DNA of 63,109 nt, counting the filler, from Octopus bimaculoides (taxonomy: Eukaryota), in the NCBI RefSeq assembly GCF_001194135.2. It is 5 parts of 5 records of this genome, joined end to end, with 100 filler letters (N's around TTAATTAATTAA, not from the genome) between each part and the next. Parts side by side here need not be neighbours in the genome. Positions count along the whole stretch, not along the records: positions 1 to 20,095 come from NC_068989.1; 4 more parts are not named here. The stretch is one strand, 5' to 3'. Below, in pieces: positions 1-11,140 of the stretch (position 1 is the stretch's first letter; every line of letters starts with the position of its first letter). The position numbers were made by a program, and so were the translations under genes. Below the pieces are notes generated by a model. The model made no database searches. It had not been told where the DNA came from and saw nothing but the letters and a program-made list of their open reading frames with translations.

Positions 1-355
1 AACTACGTTAAGTGTACGTGTACTCATGAAGCGCTCGACCATTTGGAAGTTAACTTCACGAGCAGGCTGTTCCGTTGACTGGATCAACTGGAAGTCTTGT
101 CGTCATCATGACAACTACGTTAAGTGTACGTGTACTCATGAAGCGCTCGACCATTTGGAAGTTAACTTCACGAGCAGGCTGTTCCGTTGACCGGATCATC
201 CGGAAGGCTTGTCGTCATCATGAGAACTACGTTAAGTGTATGTGTACGCATGAAGCGTTCGGCCACCTGCAAGTTAAATTCTCGAGCAGGCTGTTCCGTT
301 GATCGGATCAACTGGAAGCCTCGCCGGGGTGATTGTCATAACTGATGGAGCGCCA
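1..355 (+). repeat. Tandem array of ~112-bp units derived from the 3' body of the type A SINE
   Basis: Units start with aactacgttaag at 1, 113 and 225. The sequence matches the 3' part of the full SINE at 45835-46221 and ends in the SINE-like terminus gatggagcgcca. Confidence 0.9.
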
Positions 356-1504
356 TGGTATATGCGGGTGAGTACTCTATGGTACGCCTGCTTATGCTGT
401 AAGCACACGTATGATTGTCAAAGTAAGTTCAATCTACGAAATTCTAATGGAGAATATTTTGGAATGTTTTCAAATTTTCAGATATAGAATCTTTTGAATA
501 TTTTACCAATTTTGATTCTGGCACTAATTGATTATGTTTCAAAGTTGCGAATCAGTTCTTTTTGTTCTCTCCGTATATGTCCGTATATACGATGTCTATA
601 TCCATTATCTGTGTATCTATGCATGCACACATTTGTATGCATCTTCGTATATACATACATAAGTACATATATACATATACATACATANNNNNNNNNNNNN
701 NNNNNNNNNNNNNNNNNNNNNNNNNNNNNNNNNNNNNNNNNNNNNNNNNNNNNNNNNNNNNNNNNNNNNNNNNNNNNNNNNNNNNNNNNNNNNNNNNNNN
801 NNNNNNNNNNNNNNNNNNNNNNNNNNNNNNNNNNNNNNNNNNNNNNNNNNNNNNNNNNNNNNNNNNNNNNNNNNNNNNNNNNNNNNNNNNNNNNNNNNNN
901 NNNNNNNNNNNNNNNNNNNNNNNNNNNNNNNNNNNNNNNNNNNNNNNNNNNNNNNNNNNNNNNNNNNNNNNNNNNNNNNNNNNNNNNNNNNNNNNNNNNN
1001 NNNNNNNNNNNNNNNNNNNNNNNNNNNNNNNNNNNNNNNNNNNNNNNNNNNNNNNNNNNNNNNNNNNNNNNNNNNNNNNNNNNNNNNNNNNNNNNNNNNN
1101 NNNNNNNNNNNNNNNNNNNNNNNNNNNNNNNNNNNNNNNNNNNNNNNNNNNNNNNNTATTCCAAGAAAATTTGAATACTATAAGACGAAGACATCAAACT
1201 CACCAGCATACGATCAGCTCAGCAAATGAAATGTCAAAACACAATGAGGAGATAAACCTACGCGAAGGGAAATAAACGCTTGATGAATTTCTTCATGAAT
1301 TTTCTCTGTTGTCCTGTCACTTCTTACTTTCTTATTTTACTGAAGTAGATTTATCTCTCGTCACTCTATTTCTCATTTTGTATTTCCTCTACATTGCATT
1401 ATCATTTCTATTGCTTGGCGGCTGTCAGTCTGTTTTCGTTTTAAATCTATAAGCGGTTGAGCAAACTATCGTTTCCTTTCCCCTAATCTCCACCTATCCT
1501 TTTC

Positions 1505-1506
1505 AA

Positions 1507-1547
<41 letters not shown>

Positions 1548-1557
1548 CCTACCGACC

Positions 1558-1606
<49 letters not shown>

Positions 1607-1632
1607 GCCTGTCTGTCTGTCTATCTATCTAT
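1505..1632. repeat. Compound (TCTA)n/(TCTG)n microsatellite
   Basis: Seen directly. Confidence 0.95.
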
Positions 1633-1649
1633 CTAACGCAAAACACGAA

Positions 1650-1890
1650 GGGTGTGTCGTCAGAGCTAGGATGCATGCTCCCGCAGCTCGTCTCTATGAC
1701 CGAACTGCAGTCATGGATCAAAAACAGGCCGAGGAAGGGCGAATGGCACCGCGAGTGTTGCGTGGCTCTCGAGCAACTATGTCTTCCCGAGTCGACCTTG
1801 AGCGACTTCAACACAACCAAAGCATTCTATAGGGGATTAGTGGAGGGGAGGTACGGTACGACGACGATCTCTGGGCGAACCTGTGATTAG
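1650..1890 (+). mobile_element. Probable L1/Tx1-clade LINE ORF2 C-terminal fragment
   Basis: GC-rich open frame PQLVSMTELQSWIKNRPRKGEWHRECCVALEQLCL...KAFYRGLVEGR resembles the post-RT region of Tx1-like elements as I recall them. No catalytic motif is included. Confidence 0.45.
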
Positions 1891-2029
1891 GAAGGAAACG
1901 TCTTACCGCTCAGCCACACCTGCGCCTATTACATATCAATACATATATTATATAAATGTTGTCATTATGCAGCTACCAAGAGGATGTTAGCTGTTGTGAT
2001 AAATTTAACAACCTAGGTGAAGAGAAATA

Positions 2030-2450
2030 AGATGTAGATAATAATAAGTAGAAGCGTTTCACTTGAAAAACAGATTGACAGTGAAGAGTGGGTGCTAGCT
2101 GCATTGCCTTGTACAGTGACCAGCGCGGTTTTCAATCTCCTTGTACCAACCGATATATAGTAAACAAAATTAACCTTACGCAGAAATACTCGTGAATATC
2201 GGTGTGAGATTTGTAGGAAAACGATCTCTTCAGAACACGAAGTTAACACGTACAAAAAAGTACACAATGGGGAACAGTCATCACCAGTGGATAGCATGGG
2301 TTTTTGTCGATTACTTTTATGATCAAATGAATGCTTTCTGAGAAATAGTTTCATTATAAAACATTTCCCTACATTAAACAATTTCAATATTGATTGCTTT
2401 ATGCTTGCAAATACAAACTTATACACTTTTGGCGATGAATATCTTTGAAG
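2030..2450 (+). pseudogene. Degenerate C2H2 zinc-finger gene relic
   Basis: 2194-2277 translates EYRCEICRKTISSEHEVNTYKKVHNGEQ: CxxC, the first His codon changed CAC>TAC, second His kept, TGEK-like linker NGEQ. The same frame has several stops and a second finger-like stretch (NECFLRNSFIIKH). Confidence 0.55.
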
Positions 2451-2619
2451 TAATTTCAAACATCAAACATTTAACTGTTGCTTGAACATTAAGTTTTGGT
2501 TTTATTTGGTCAATGTTTTGGTGCATCATAGATGATACAACCAAAAATACTGTGGCCATGACAGAGAAAAAAGGTAGCGCATTGCTGAGCTAAGCAGTCG
2601 CATGTGTACGTACCTACAC

Positions 2620-2890
2620 TTGTATGCATGTGTATGTCATTATTCAGATTCATTTCAAGATTGCTTGTCAATAAAGAACCGAATTCTAACCTAAATACGA
2701 AGTTCCTTCATTGGATTTTCAACATCAATACGGTATTTTTTTGCATGTATGTGTGTTTGTGTGCAGTATTTGGAATCATTACATGTGCAGATTTGTTTTG
2801 TTTTATGTATGTATTCTCATGCACATAGTTTCATGTATAGACATGCGCATATATACATAAATGGTAAACTTCTGGAAAGTTATATAAATT
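2620..2890 (+). repeat. Unclassified interspersed repeat family E, copy 1
   Basis: Shares ttctaacctaRat..aag..cctt.attgga.tttcaRcatcaa...gtgcagat with 21740-21970 and 39180-39420. Confidence 0.75.
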
Positions 2891-3146
2891 TACGTCACAC
2901 GTATTGAGAAGAGCATTGTCGATGTGAATTTTCTTTCCTGTTCCCTTTTCTTTTCTTTGTTTCCTTTTTCCTTTTTATTTTGTCCTTTTCTCTCTGTCTT
3001 TCTTCCCCCTTTTTCTCTATCACATGCCTTTGTAAATGAACAACCTGGTGTGTTTATTTTAATGGCCTACCAATGTATACACTTCGTTTCTATGACCTAA
3101 GCGTCAGGAAAACACTCGGTAAGAAATGAAAATAGAAGAGAAAGAA

Positions 3147-3159
3147 GATGATGATGATG

Positions 3160-3220
<61 letters not shown>
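3147..3220. repeat. (GAT)n(AAT)n microsatellite, possibly a LINE 3' tail
   Basis: Seen directly. A (TAA)n tail or target is typical of Dong/R4 elements. Confidence 0.85.
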
Positions 3221-3221
<1 letters not shown>

Positions 3222-3367
3222 TTTTTGAATTTAGGTTTTTTAAGCAAGTAAAAAGAAGTCTGAATCTAACGAAAAACTAACTTACTGTTTGAATTGCTCT
3301 GTGACAGTGGCTGAAAAATGTTACGATATCTTCAAAAGTAGTAGGAGAAAGTGTGTGAGTGTGTGTA

Positions 3368-3429
<62 letters not shown>

Positions 3430-3621
3430 CATAGAGAGAGTGGGGTAAGAAGACAGAGAGAAAAAGAGAGAAAGAGGAAATCCATGTGCTTTCAGCATTG
3501 TATTGTAACATATGACTATGAATGGATAGAGGTGTAAATTTTAAGTATTTAGGCTTTAAGCAAGCAAAATGAAGTCTCGATCTAACGAAAAACTAGCTTA
3601 CTGTTTGAATTGCTCTGTGAC

Positions 3622-4170
3622 CTCTTCATGGATGATCTGAAACTGTATGGCAAAAATGAGACACAAGTGCGTTCCTTGGTGAACACGGTCCACTGTTTTA
3701 GTACTGATATTAGAATGGAATTTGGACTCAAGAAGTGCGGAATAATCTATCTAAAAAGGGGCAAGATACTGTCCGTATCAGGGATAGAATTATCGAATAG
3801 AGACTTAATTAAGCAAATTGAAACGAAAGGATACAAATACCTTGGTGTACTAGAGTTCAACGAGATAATGGAAAACGAAATGAAAGAGCAACTGAGGATG
3901 GAATATTTCCGAAGACTGAGGTTGGTGCTGCGCTGAAAATTGACTGGATGGAATAAAATTCAAGCAGATAATACATGGGCGATAGCATCACTTTGCTATC
4001 GTGCAGGAATTATAAAATGGCAAAAGAGAAAAATGAAGAAAATGGATACCAAGACCAGAAAAGAAGTTGACAGGACACGGAGCCTACTGAGCCAGAAGGA
4101 AGGATGGGAGAAGCATGATCACTTGCCAGGACTGTATCAAAGCAGAGGAAAACAGTATAGGGTGGTGCAT
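3622..4170 (+). mobile_element. R4/Dong-clade (RLE) non-LTR retrotransposon RT fragment, degenerate
   Basis: LFMDDLKLY catalytic motif, then FGLKKC, YKYLG, EYFRRLRLVLR*KLTGWNKIQA..NTWAI: RT domains 5-7 and thumb of R4-like ORFs. Contains an internal stop and a frameshift. Confidence 0.9.
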
Positions 4171-6869
4171 AGAAATATGTTGTTGATGGCTCGTCCGCCA
4201 TTTTCTCCCCTCTTCTACCATTTCTACTCAACAGGACAGGAAACACTCAAATGGCTTTCGTTTCCATATGTTCAACAGTTGGGATCTTTGCTCTGCACAA
4301 CGAACTGTATTGCTTTTTTTTTTCACCCATGTTGGGGTACATGTCCCGAATGGCTTATTGGCCTTCGACGGTTGTATGTGTGACGATACCTACTACGAGT
4401 ATCATATTTTTGGTCACTTCAGCTCCCACAATGTGATAGTACTGCACTGCAGAAGTAACGACTATTCCAGAGTCGTTATCACTACCGATGTGAATCTTAC
4501 GTCCAGCTCCTATCTATATTGCACACGAGCCCTTGACAGCTGGCATAAGAAACCAACCCAACGATTCAACTGTTCTTTACTCTTAAACAGCATATATACA
4601 ATCCCAAATGCTCTTCCTAGTTATATATCGACTAGACGTTCATCCAGCAGCCTTTTTGTGAACATAGTGCAAACTGTTCTACCGTTTGAAAGGTACAGCT
4701 ATGTCATTTTCCTCTGTCCTTTATTTGATGGAAATCATCAGGGAAAGAGGCTGATGTTTTTGTGATATGCTTATCTCACAGTTTGTTTTAGTCTCAGAGT
4801 TGACCATAGTCAGGAATACTTTTTGGCAGGTGACATTTGCAGAAAGGTTCCTGACATTTTTTTCACTGCCTTCGTTGTTGGTTTCCGCGTTTAAATTTGT
4901 TTTTCTTTCTACGCAGTGCAAATATCTGTTTGCTTGTCTAAAGGTCATCCTTTTTTTCCTTTCTATTTGTTCAATTTGCTTTCTGAACTCAAGCTTTATG
5001 GAAATCCTGTTCAAAATACCCGGGAATGTGTTCATGAAAAGTAGAAGAAAAAGACGTGCTTCTCATTACAGAAACATGCGAATATTTCCAAAATAAGATA
5101 CACAAAAATGTCTAACGGCAACCTATATTCTTCCCAAGATAAAAATACTTATTAAATGCTTTTTTATTAATATTGGTGTGAAGTTATCCGTTATAATCCC
5201 CTTTTAAACAAGTAATGGTTTATTTACGAGTTGTAAAGTAGCCGATAATTCATCAATATAGCATATTTATTAAATACTTTTCAATCCGAAGGTAAAAAAA
5301 AAAATGGATAATCAAATTTTCAGATACGTGATAATCCGAAAAATGTGTTTATGAAATGCACACGATAAACCGATTATTCCTCTACTGTTCCTGTTTAGGT
5401 TAATGTGCACACTTCTTTGGTTACTGCTAGAATTTCATTCCTAATCTATTTGTATCTGCTTTATGTGAGTCTTTTCCATGGAGTAAGAATTGATTGAATA
5501 AAATGGACATGCGGCGGTATACAACTCGTATTGTTTCCGTCAAATTTAGGCAAGGAAAAATGCGAAGTTAATTCATAACCGTCAAATACCGAATGATACA
5601 TAATGAAATATTCAACAGACAATGCCTATCTACGCCCCTGTAGAAATAGGTCATTAAAAGATGATCCTGAGATGTTTAATCTATATTGGTTTCCGAATTT
5701 TATTCGATTTCCTTGAAGAGTATTTCAACACCTGTTACATTTTCTTGGTTTTCGACAACCGGGACAGCTCCAACCACAGAGGAATGTCTCAACTAATGCC
5801 GACATACGAACAAATGAACTTCAAACTGCAAATATTAATAAAGGGATATTGAATTTATAGAGGTATGGTTTTTAGTGATGTTGTTTCTTGTATCACAAAA
5901 AAACATCTCCCTCTCCCTCTCCCTCTCACCCTCTGTTTCTCTCTCTCTATATATATATTATTCACTCACACATACATATATATGTACTAGCATATATGTA
6001 TATGTATGCATGTATGTGTAAATAAACGTATGTATATAGCCATATGAGTACATGCATTTATATATGTATATATACATACATTTATACATATGTATCTATA
6101 TATTTACAAATGAATATATACATATATATATATACATACACACATGCATACATACATATAAACATACATACATACGTTAATATATATATATATATATATA
6201 TATATCTTTGTACGAATCAACCCAATCCAGAAACTGAGGAAACGAGAGATGCTCCTAGTCAGTAAATAGTAAAGTATAGTATTCAAATACCGGAAAAAAT
6301 TTTAGTCTGGAGGAGGAAGAAAAATTTAACATTAAGGTTGAACTCATCACTAAAAAGAGATAAAATGTTTACTTGTATTACAGAATAAATAAAATGGGAT
6401 GATAATTACTATAAAGTTTTTTTCCCGTTGTGCGTTGGACTCAATGACAGGAAACTATTGATTTTTTTACCAAGAAGACACACTCACAGATTCTATATTT
6501 TAGCAACTGAAATGAAGAAAATGGAATATTACAACGTTCATATCTTACCCGAGGGCGTTAGTGATATAAATGAAATGAAAAAAAAAAAAATGAAGCTGTT
6601 TCTAATAAGATTCGAAACCAAGTTGTAATTTTTACTCCCCAGAAATTTATTCTTTTCTTCACTGTTGTCATCAATACTCAAATATTGATTCCTTGACAAG
6701 ATAAATCACGTCTTATTGAAAAGGAGATTATAACGGATGCCATCACACCAGTATATACGAAGGGTAATTAATTTCATCGACTTTGTTGTAGTAAATACTT
6801 CAATAGCATTTTGTATGGTAATCGGAAAGTTCTCACACTTCGCCGCCTTAACTATCGTAAAAAAATTGA

Positions 6870-7060
6870 CAGTGTCAAATTTTGGCACAGGGCCAGCAAT
6901 TTCGGGGTAGTGGATAAGTAAATTACATCAACCCCAATACTCAACTGGTACTTATTTTATCGACCCAGAAGAGATAAAAGACCAAGTCAACCATGGTGGA
7001 ATTTGAAATCGGAACGTTAAGCAGTTTTTTTGTAGCGCAGCAACAATTCTGCCAGCTCAG
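6870..7060 (-). mobile_element. Type B (Meta-like) SINE, decayed
   Basis: Reverse complement of the gtcgataaaataagtaccag core seen at 9843-10075. Confidence 0.8.
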
Positions 7061-7134
7061 TGCTTTAACTATCGGAAAAATATTGCCATGTTTAGAGTTG
7101 AACAATTTCAAAAGGAACGGGAAGTAAATAAAGA

Positions 7135-7320
7135 AACTTTGTTTGTTCCCCAGCATCACTTGACAACCGATGTTGGGGTTTTTACGTCCCCGTGACTTAG
7201 CGGTTAGGCAAAAAGAGACCGTTAAAATAAGTACTAGACTTACAGAGAATAAGTCGATTTGTTCGACTAAAGGTGCTCCAACATGGCCACAGTCAAATGA
7301 CTGCAACCAGTAAAAGAATC
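7135..7320 (+). mobile_element. Type C SINE 3' half
   Basis: Matches the reverse complement of the tail of 13170-13572 (gacaaccgatg...ttagcggtt...catggccacagtcaaatgactg). Confidence 0.85.
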
Positions 7321-8363
7321 CCAGCACATCCTATAAAATTGATGCATGTATATGTAAATCGTTGTGGTCAAGAATTGAATGGGTTATTATTTTTTTATGT
7401 AACAGGTACAAAACCACACATTTAGAAGTTGTCAGATGGTGGGTTACTCTCTTAAATCAACCCCTGTATTTGTCTGGTACTTTATTTCATCGGACCCAGA
7501 AGGATGAATAGCAAAATTGATCTCGCTCAGATTCGAGCTATGAACGTCAAGAACTACAATAGAACAGGGAATTTTGCCCATCTCTTTAAACGGTGCTGTA
7601 AATATGTCTCCTCCACCATCCGCGAACAGCTCTAGGGGAGGTAATTTTATCTGGGTATGAAGTACAGTCGTTGAGGTGCTGCTTTCCAAAATGGTGCAAC
7701 AAATATATAAACTATGACCGTTAGAAAAGCAACGTTGTGAGAGGGAAACACAAACCAGTTGCGAAGACGATTGAATGAAAGAACGAGTGAATAAACGGAA
7801 AGAGATAGTCGTAGTAGTGGTGGAAGTGGTGGTGGTGGTGGTGGGTAAGGCAAAATATCAAAGTAAATAAGCCAATCATTACCTCACACATGTAATTACA
7901 TAGATTTGGTAGTGGGGCCACCAAAGCGACATCAGATACACTATTGATAATAATCAGTATTGGAGTATTGATGAATTTTTCTGTCAATTCTTTCTTTTCT
8001 TTCTCTTTCTTATTACTCTCTTTTTCTCTTTTACTCCTCTCTCTTTCAATTTTTATCTTGCCTTATGATATGTGTACTCCTACTCTCTCTCTATATCTTT
8101 CTCTCTCTCTCTCTCTCTATGCCTTTCTCTCTCTCTCTCATTCTCTCTCTCTTTCTCACATGCACAGACATACATATAATGTTTTTACAACAAGAATATA
8201 CTTGCAAAATAAATGTATGTGTGTATATCATCTGTATGATAACACACCTGTCGTAGTTGTTTTTGCTGATACGAAAGGGCAGTTATAAATATTACTTCCT
8301 CTCCTTCAAGTATTCATCACTCAACCATCCCTTTCTCCCTTCTCTCACTCTCTTCCCCCCATA

Positions 8364-8405
<42 letters not shown>

Positions 8406-8434
8406 CCTATCTACCTATCTATCTATCTATCTAC

Positions 8435-8487
<53 letters not shown>

Positions 8488-8488
8488 C

Positions 8489-8519
<31 letters not shown>

Positions 8520-8707
8520 GACATCATAAACGTTAACACTCACCTTCGCAAACAAATAATGAGATCGGAAATTAATGGCTGTCGGGAAATATATTAATTT
8601 TTGTTAATTTATAAATGTATAAGTTTATGCCTGCATATCAGTCACACACATACACAATCAAACACCCACATGCTACCAGAAGTATACACGTCTGATAATA
8701 AAAAAGA

Positions 8708-8763
<56 letters not shown>

Positions 8764-9842
8764 NNNNNNNNNNNNNNNNNNNNNNNNNNNNNNNNNNNNN
8801 NNNNNNNNNNNNNNNNNNNNNNNNNNNNNNNNNNNNNNNNNNNNNNNNNNNNNNNNNNNNNNNNNNNNNNNNNNNNNNNNNNNNNNNNNNNNNNNNNNNN
8901 NNNNNNNNNNNNNNNNNNNNNNNNNNNNNNNNNNNNNNNNNNNNNNNNNNNNNNNNNNNNNNNNNNNNNNNNNNNNNNNNNNNNNNNNNNNNNNNNNNNN
9001 NNNNNNNNNNNNNNNNNNNNNNNNNNNNNNNNNNNNNNNNNNNNNNNNNNNNNNNNNNNNNNNNNNNNNNNNNNNNNNNNNNNNNNNNNNNNNNNNNNNN
9101 NNNNNNNNNNNNNNNNNNNNNNNNNNNNNNNNNNNNNNNNNNNNNNNNNNNNNNNNNNNNNNNNNNNNNNNNNNNNNNNNNNNNNNNNNNNNNNNNNNNN
9201 NNNNNNNNNNNNNNNNNNNNNNNNNNNNNNNNNNNNNNNNNNNNNNNNNNNNNNNNNNNNNNNNNTATATATATATATATATATACATATCTAAGTGTAA
9301 ACACACACACATGTACACATACATATATCGATTTATGCCTGTATGCGTGTATATAAATTATCCTTTTCTTTCTACCTTCATTATACTCCAGGAAGTAAAA
9401 TTGTCCAAACGGGGATCAAAACCCGCATACTATTGATAGAATCTAAATTACTCTCTATCGATCATATCAAACGCCTTCAGAATTTCTACATGAGATATTT
9501 TGGTAGAGGGGCGGAGTAATATAAATGTAAGCTATCTGTTTAGTACTGGTCATTATGTCACTCGGTCGGTATCGCAATATTTAGGTAAATTCTTACTTGA
9601 ATTTTCTGTTTGCAACTGGAACAATTTCATTTCACATTATTAACTGTTCTTTGAAATTCGTTGATAATATCGACCTCAGAGCTAGTCGTTGACATCGATC
9701 GAATGACGGTAAAGTCAGTGTTGCAGCATTTGAACTCAGACAGTAAGAGCCAGAAGAAATACCGTCAAGCATTTGGTCCGGCTCGGTAACGATTCTTACA
9801 GCTCGCGCCTTTAACTTCACGTTGTTAATCTTTTACAAACAA

Positions 9843-10075
9843 GGCGGTGAGCTGGCAGAAACGTTAGCACGACGGGCGAAATGCTTACCGGTAGTTCGTC
9901 ACTCTTTACGTTCTGAGTTCAAATTCCGCCGAGGTCGACTTTGCCTTTCATCCTTTCTGGCTCGATGAATTAAGTAACAGTTGCCCACTGGGGTCGATGT
10001 AATCGACTTAATCCCTTTGTCTGTCCTTGTTTGTCTCCTCTATGTTTAGCTCCTTCTGGGCAATAAAAAAATAAG
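9843..10075 (+). mobile_element. Type B tRNA-derived SINE (Meta-domain-like), well preserved
   Basis: A box (tggcagaaacgttag), B box (gagttcaaattcc), and core gtcgactttgcctttcatcctt...cgat.aattaagta.cag. The core resembles the MetaSINE domain from memory. Confidence 0.9.
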
Positions 10076-11140
10076 AAACGTCAGCATGCTGGGCAAAATG
10101 CTCAGATCTATTTCGTCCGTCTTTATGGTCTGAGTTCAAATTCCACCGACGTCGACTTTTCGGGATCGATAAATTAAGTACCAGTTGCGTACTGGGGTCT
10201 ATTTAATCAACTTATTCACTCCCCACAAATTCCAGGCCTTGTGCCTATAGTAGAAAAGATTAACAATAACACATTTTGGTACGAGGCCAGCAATTGTGTA
10301 GATGGGTGGGGACAAATGATTCCGAGGAGATGATAGGCAATGTCGACCTTGGTGGTATTTGAATTCAGAGTTCACAATTTTTATTTAAAATTTTGGTACA
10401 AGGCCAGCAATTTCCGGCGAGGGAGTAAGTCGATGAACTGGGACTTATTTTATAGATCATGAGAGGATGAATCGCAAAGTAGACCTTGCCGGAATTTGCA
10501 CTCAGAACGTAGACCAGTGGTTCCCAATCTTTTGACTACCAAGGAACCCCTTTTATTTAAATGAGCTTTCCCACGCACCCAAGGATATTAAGAAGTCTGT
10601 TAGATTAACATGTTCAAGGGCCCGCAGGGATCCGCTGACCACAGGTTGGGAACCACTGACGTAGACGGACGAAATACCGCTAAGCAATTTGCCTGACGCA
10701 ATAACAATTCTTTCTACTAAAGGCACAAGGCCTGAAATTTGTGGGGAGAGGACTAATCGATTACATCGACCCCAGTGCGTAGCTGGTACTTATTTCATCA
10801 ACTCCGAAAGGATGAAAGGCATAGTCGACCTCGGCGGAATTTGAACTCAGAACGTAGTGATGGGCGAAATACTACTAAGCATTCTGTCCAGCTCGCCGCC
10901 CCAATCTTCATATTGTTAATTGCTATTGTGAAGGCGGTGAATTGGCAGAACTGTAACATCGCAGGGCAAAATGCTTAGGATTTCTTCCGGATCTTTAGAT
11001 CCCGAGTTCAAATTATACCATGGTTGATTTTGCATTTCATCCTTTCGGAGTCGATAAAATAAGCACTATTTCCCCGCTGTGGAAGATGTAACCGACTTCG
11101 CCTTCACTCAAAATACTGATCTCATGTCAAAATTAGAAAG
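10076..11140. mobile_element. Cluster of five further type B SINE copies in both orientations
   Basis: Plus 10076-10260; minus 10270-10375, 10390-10715 and 10716-10905; plus 10930-11140. All share the same core. Confidence 0.85.
10515..10658. mobile_element. hAT (Charlie-like) MITE nested in a type B SINE
   Basis: Perfect 13-bp TIRs cagtggttcccaa/ttgggaaccactg and a perfect 8-bp TSD acgtagac (10507-10514, 10659-10666). Confidence 0.95.

Noticed and set aside
1-355. CRISPR-like regular repeat
   Set aside because: Whole units repeat with no unique spacers, the context is eukaryotic and there are no cas genes.
4250-5100. Possible Penelope-like ORF remnants and a CTGCAGA-stem hairpin at ~4445-4480
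   Set aside because: No diagnostic RT or GIY-YIG motif could be read and the hammerhead core is incomplete; left unclassified.
5628-5655. ccctgtaga, resembling the start of miR-10/miR-993
   Set aside because: Only about 9 nt match and there is no pre-miRNA-length hairpin.
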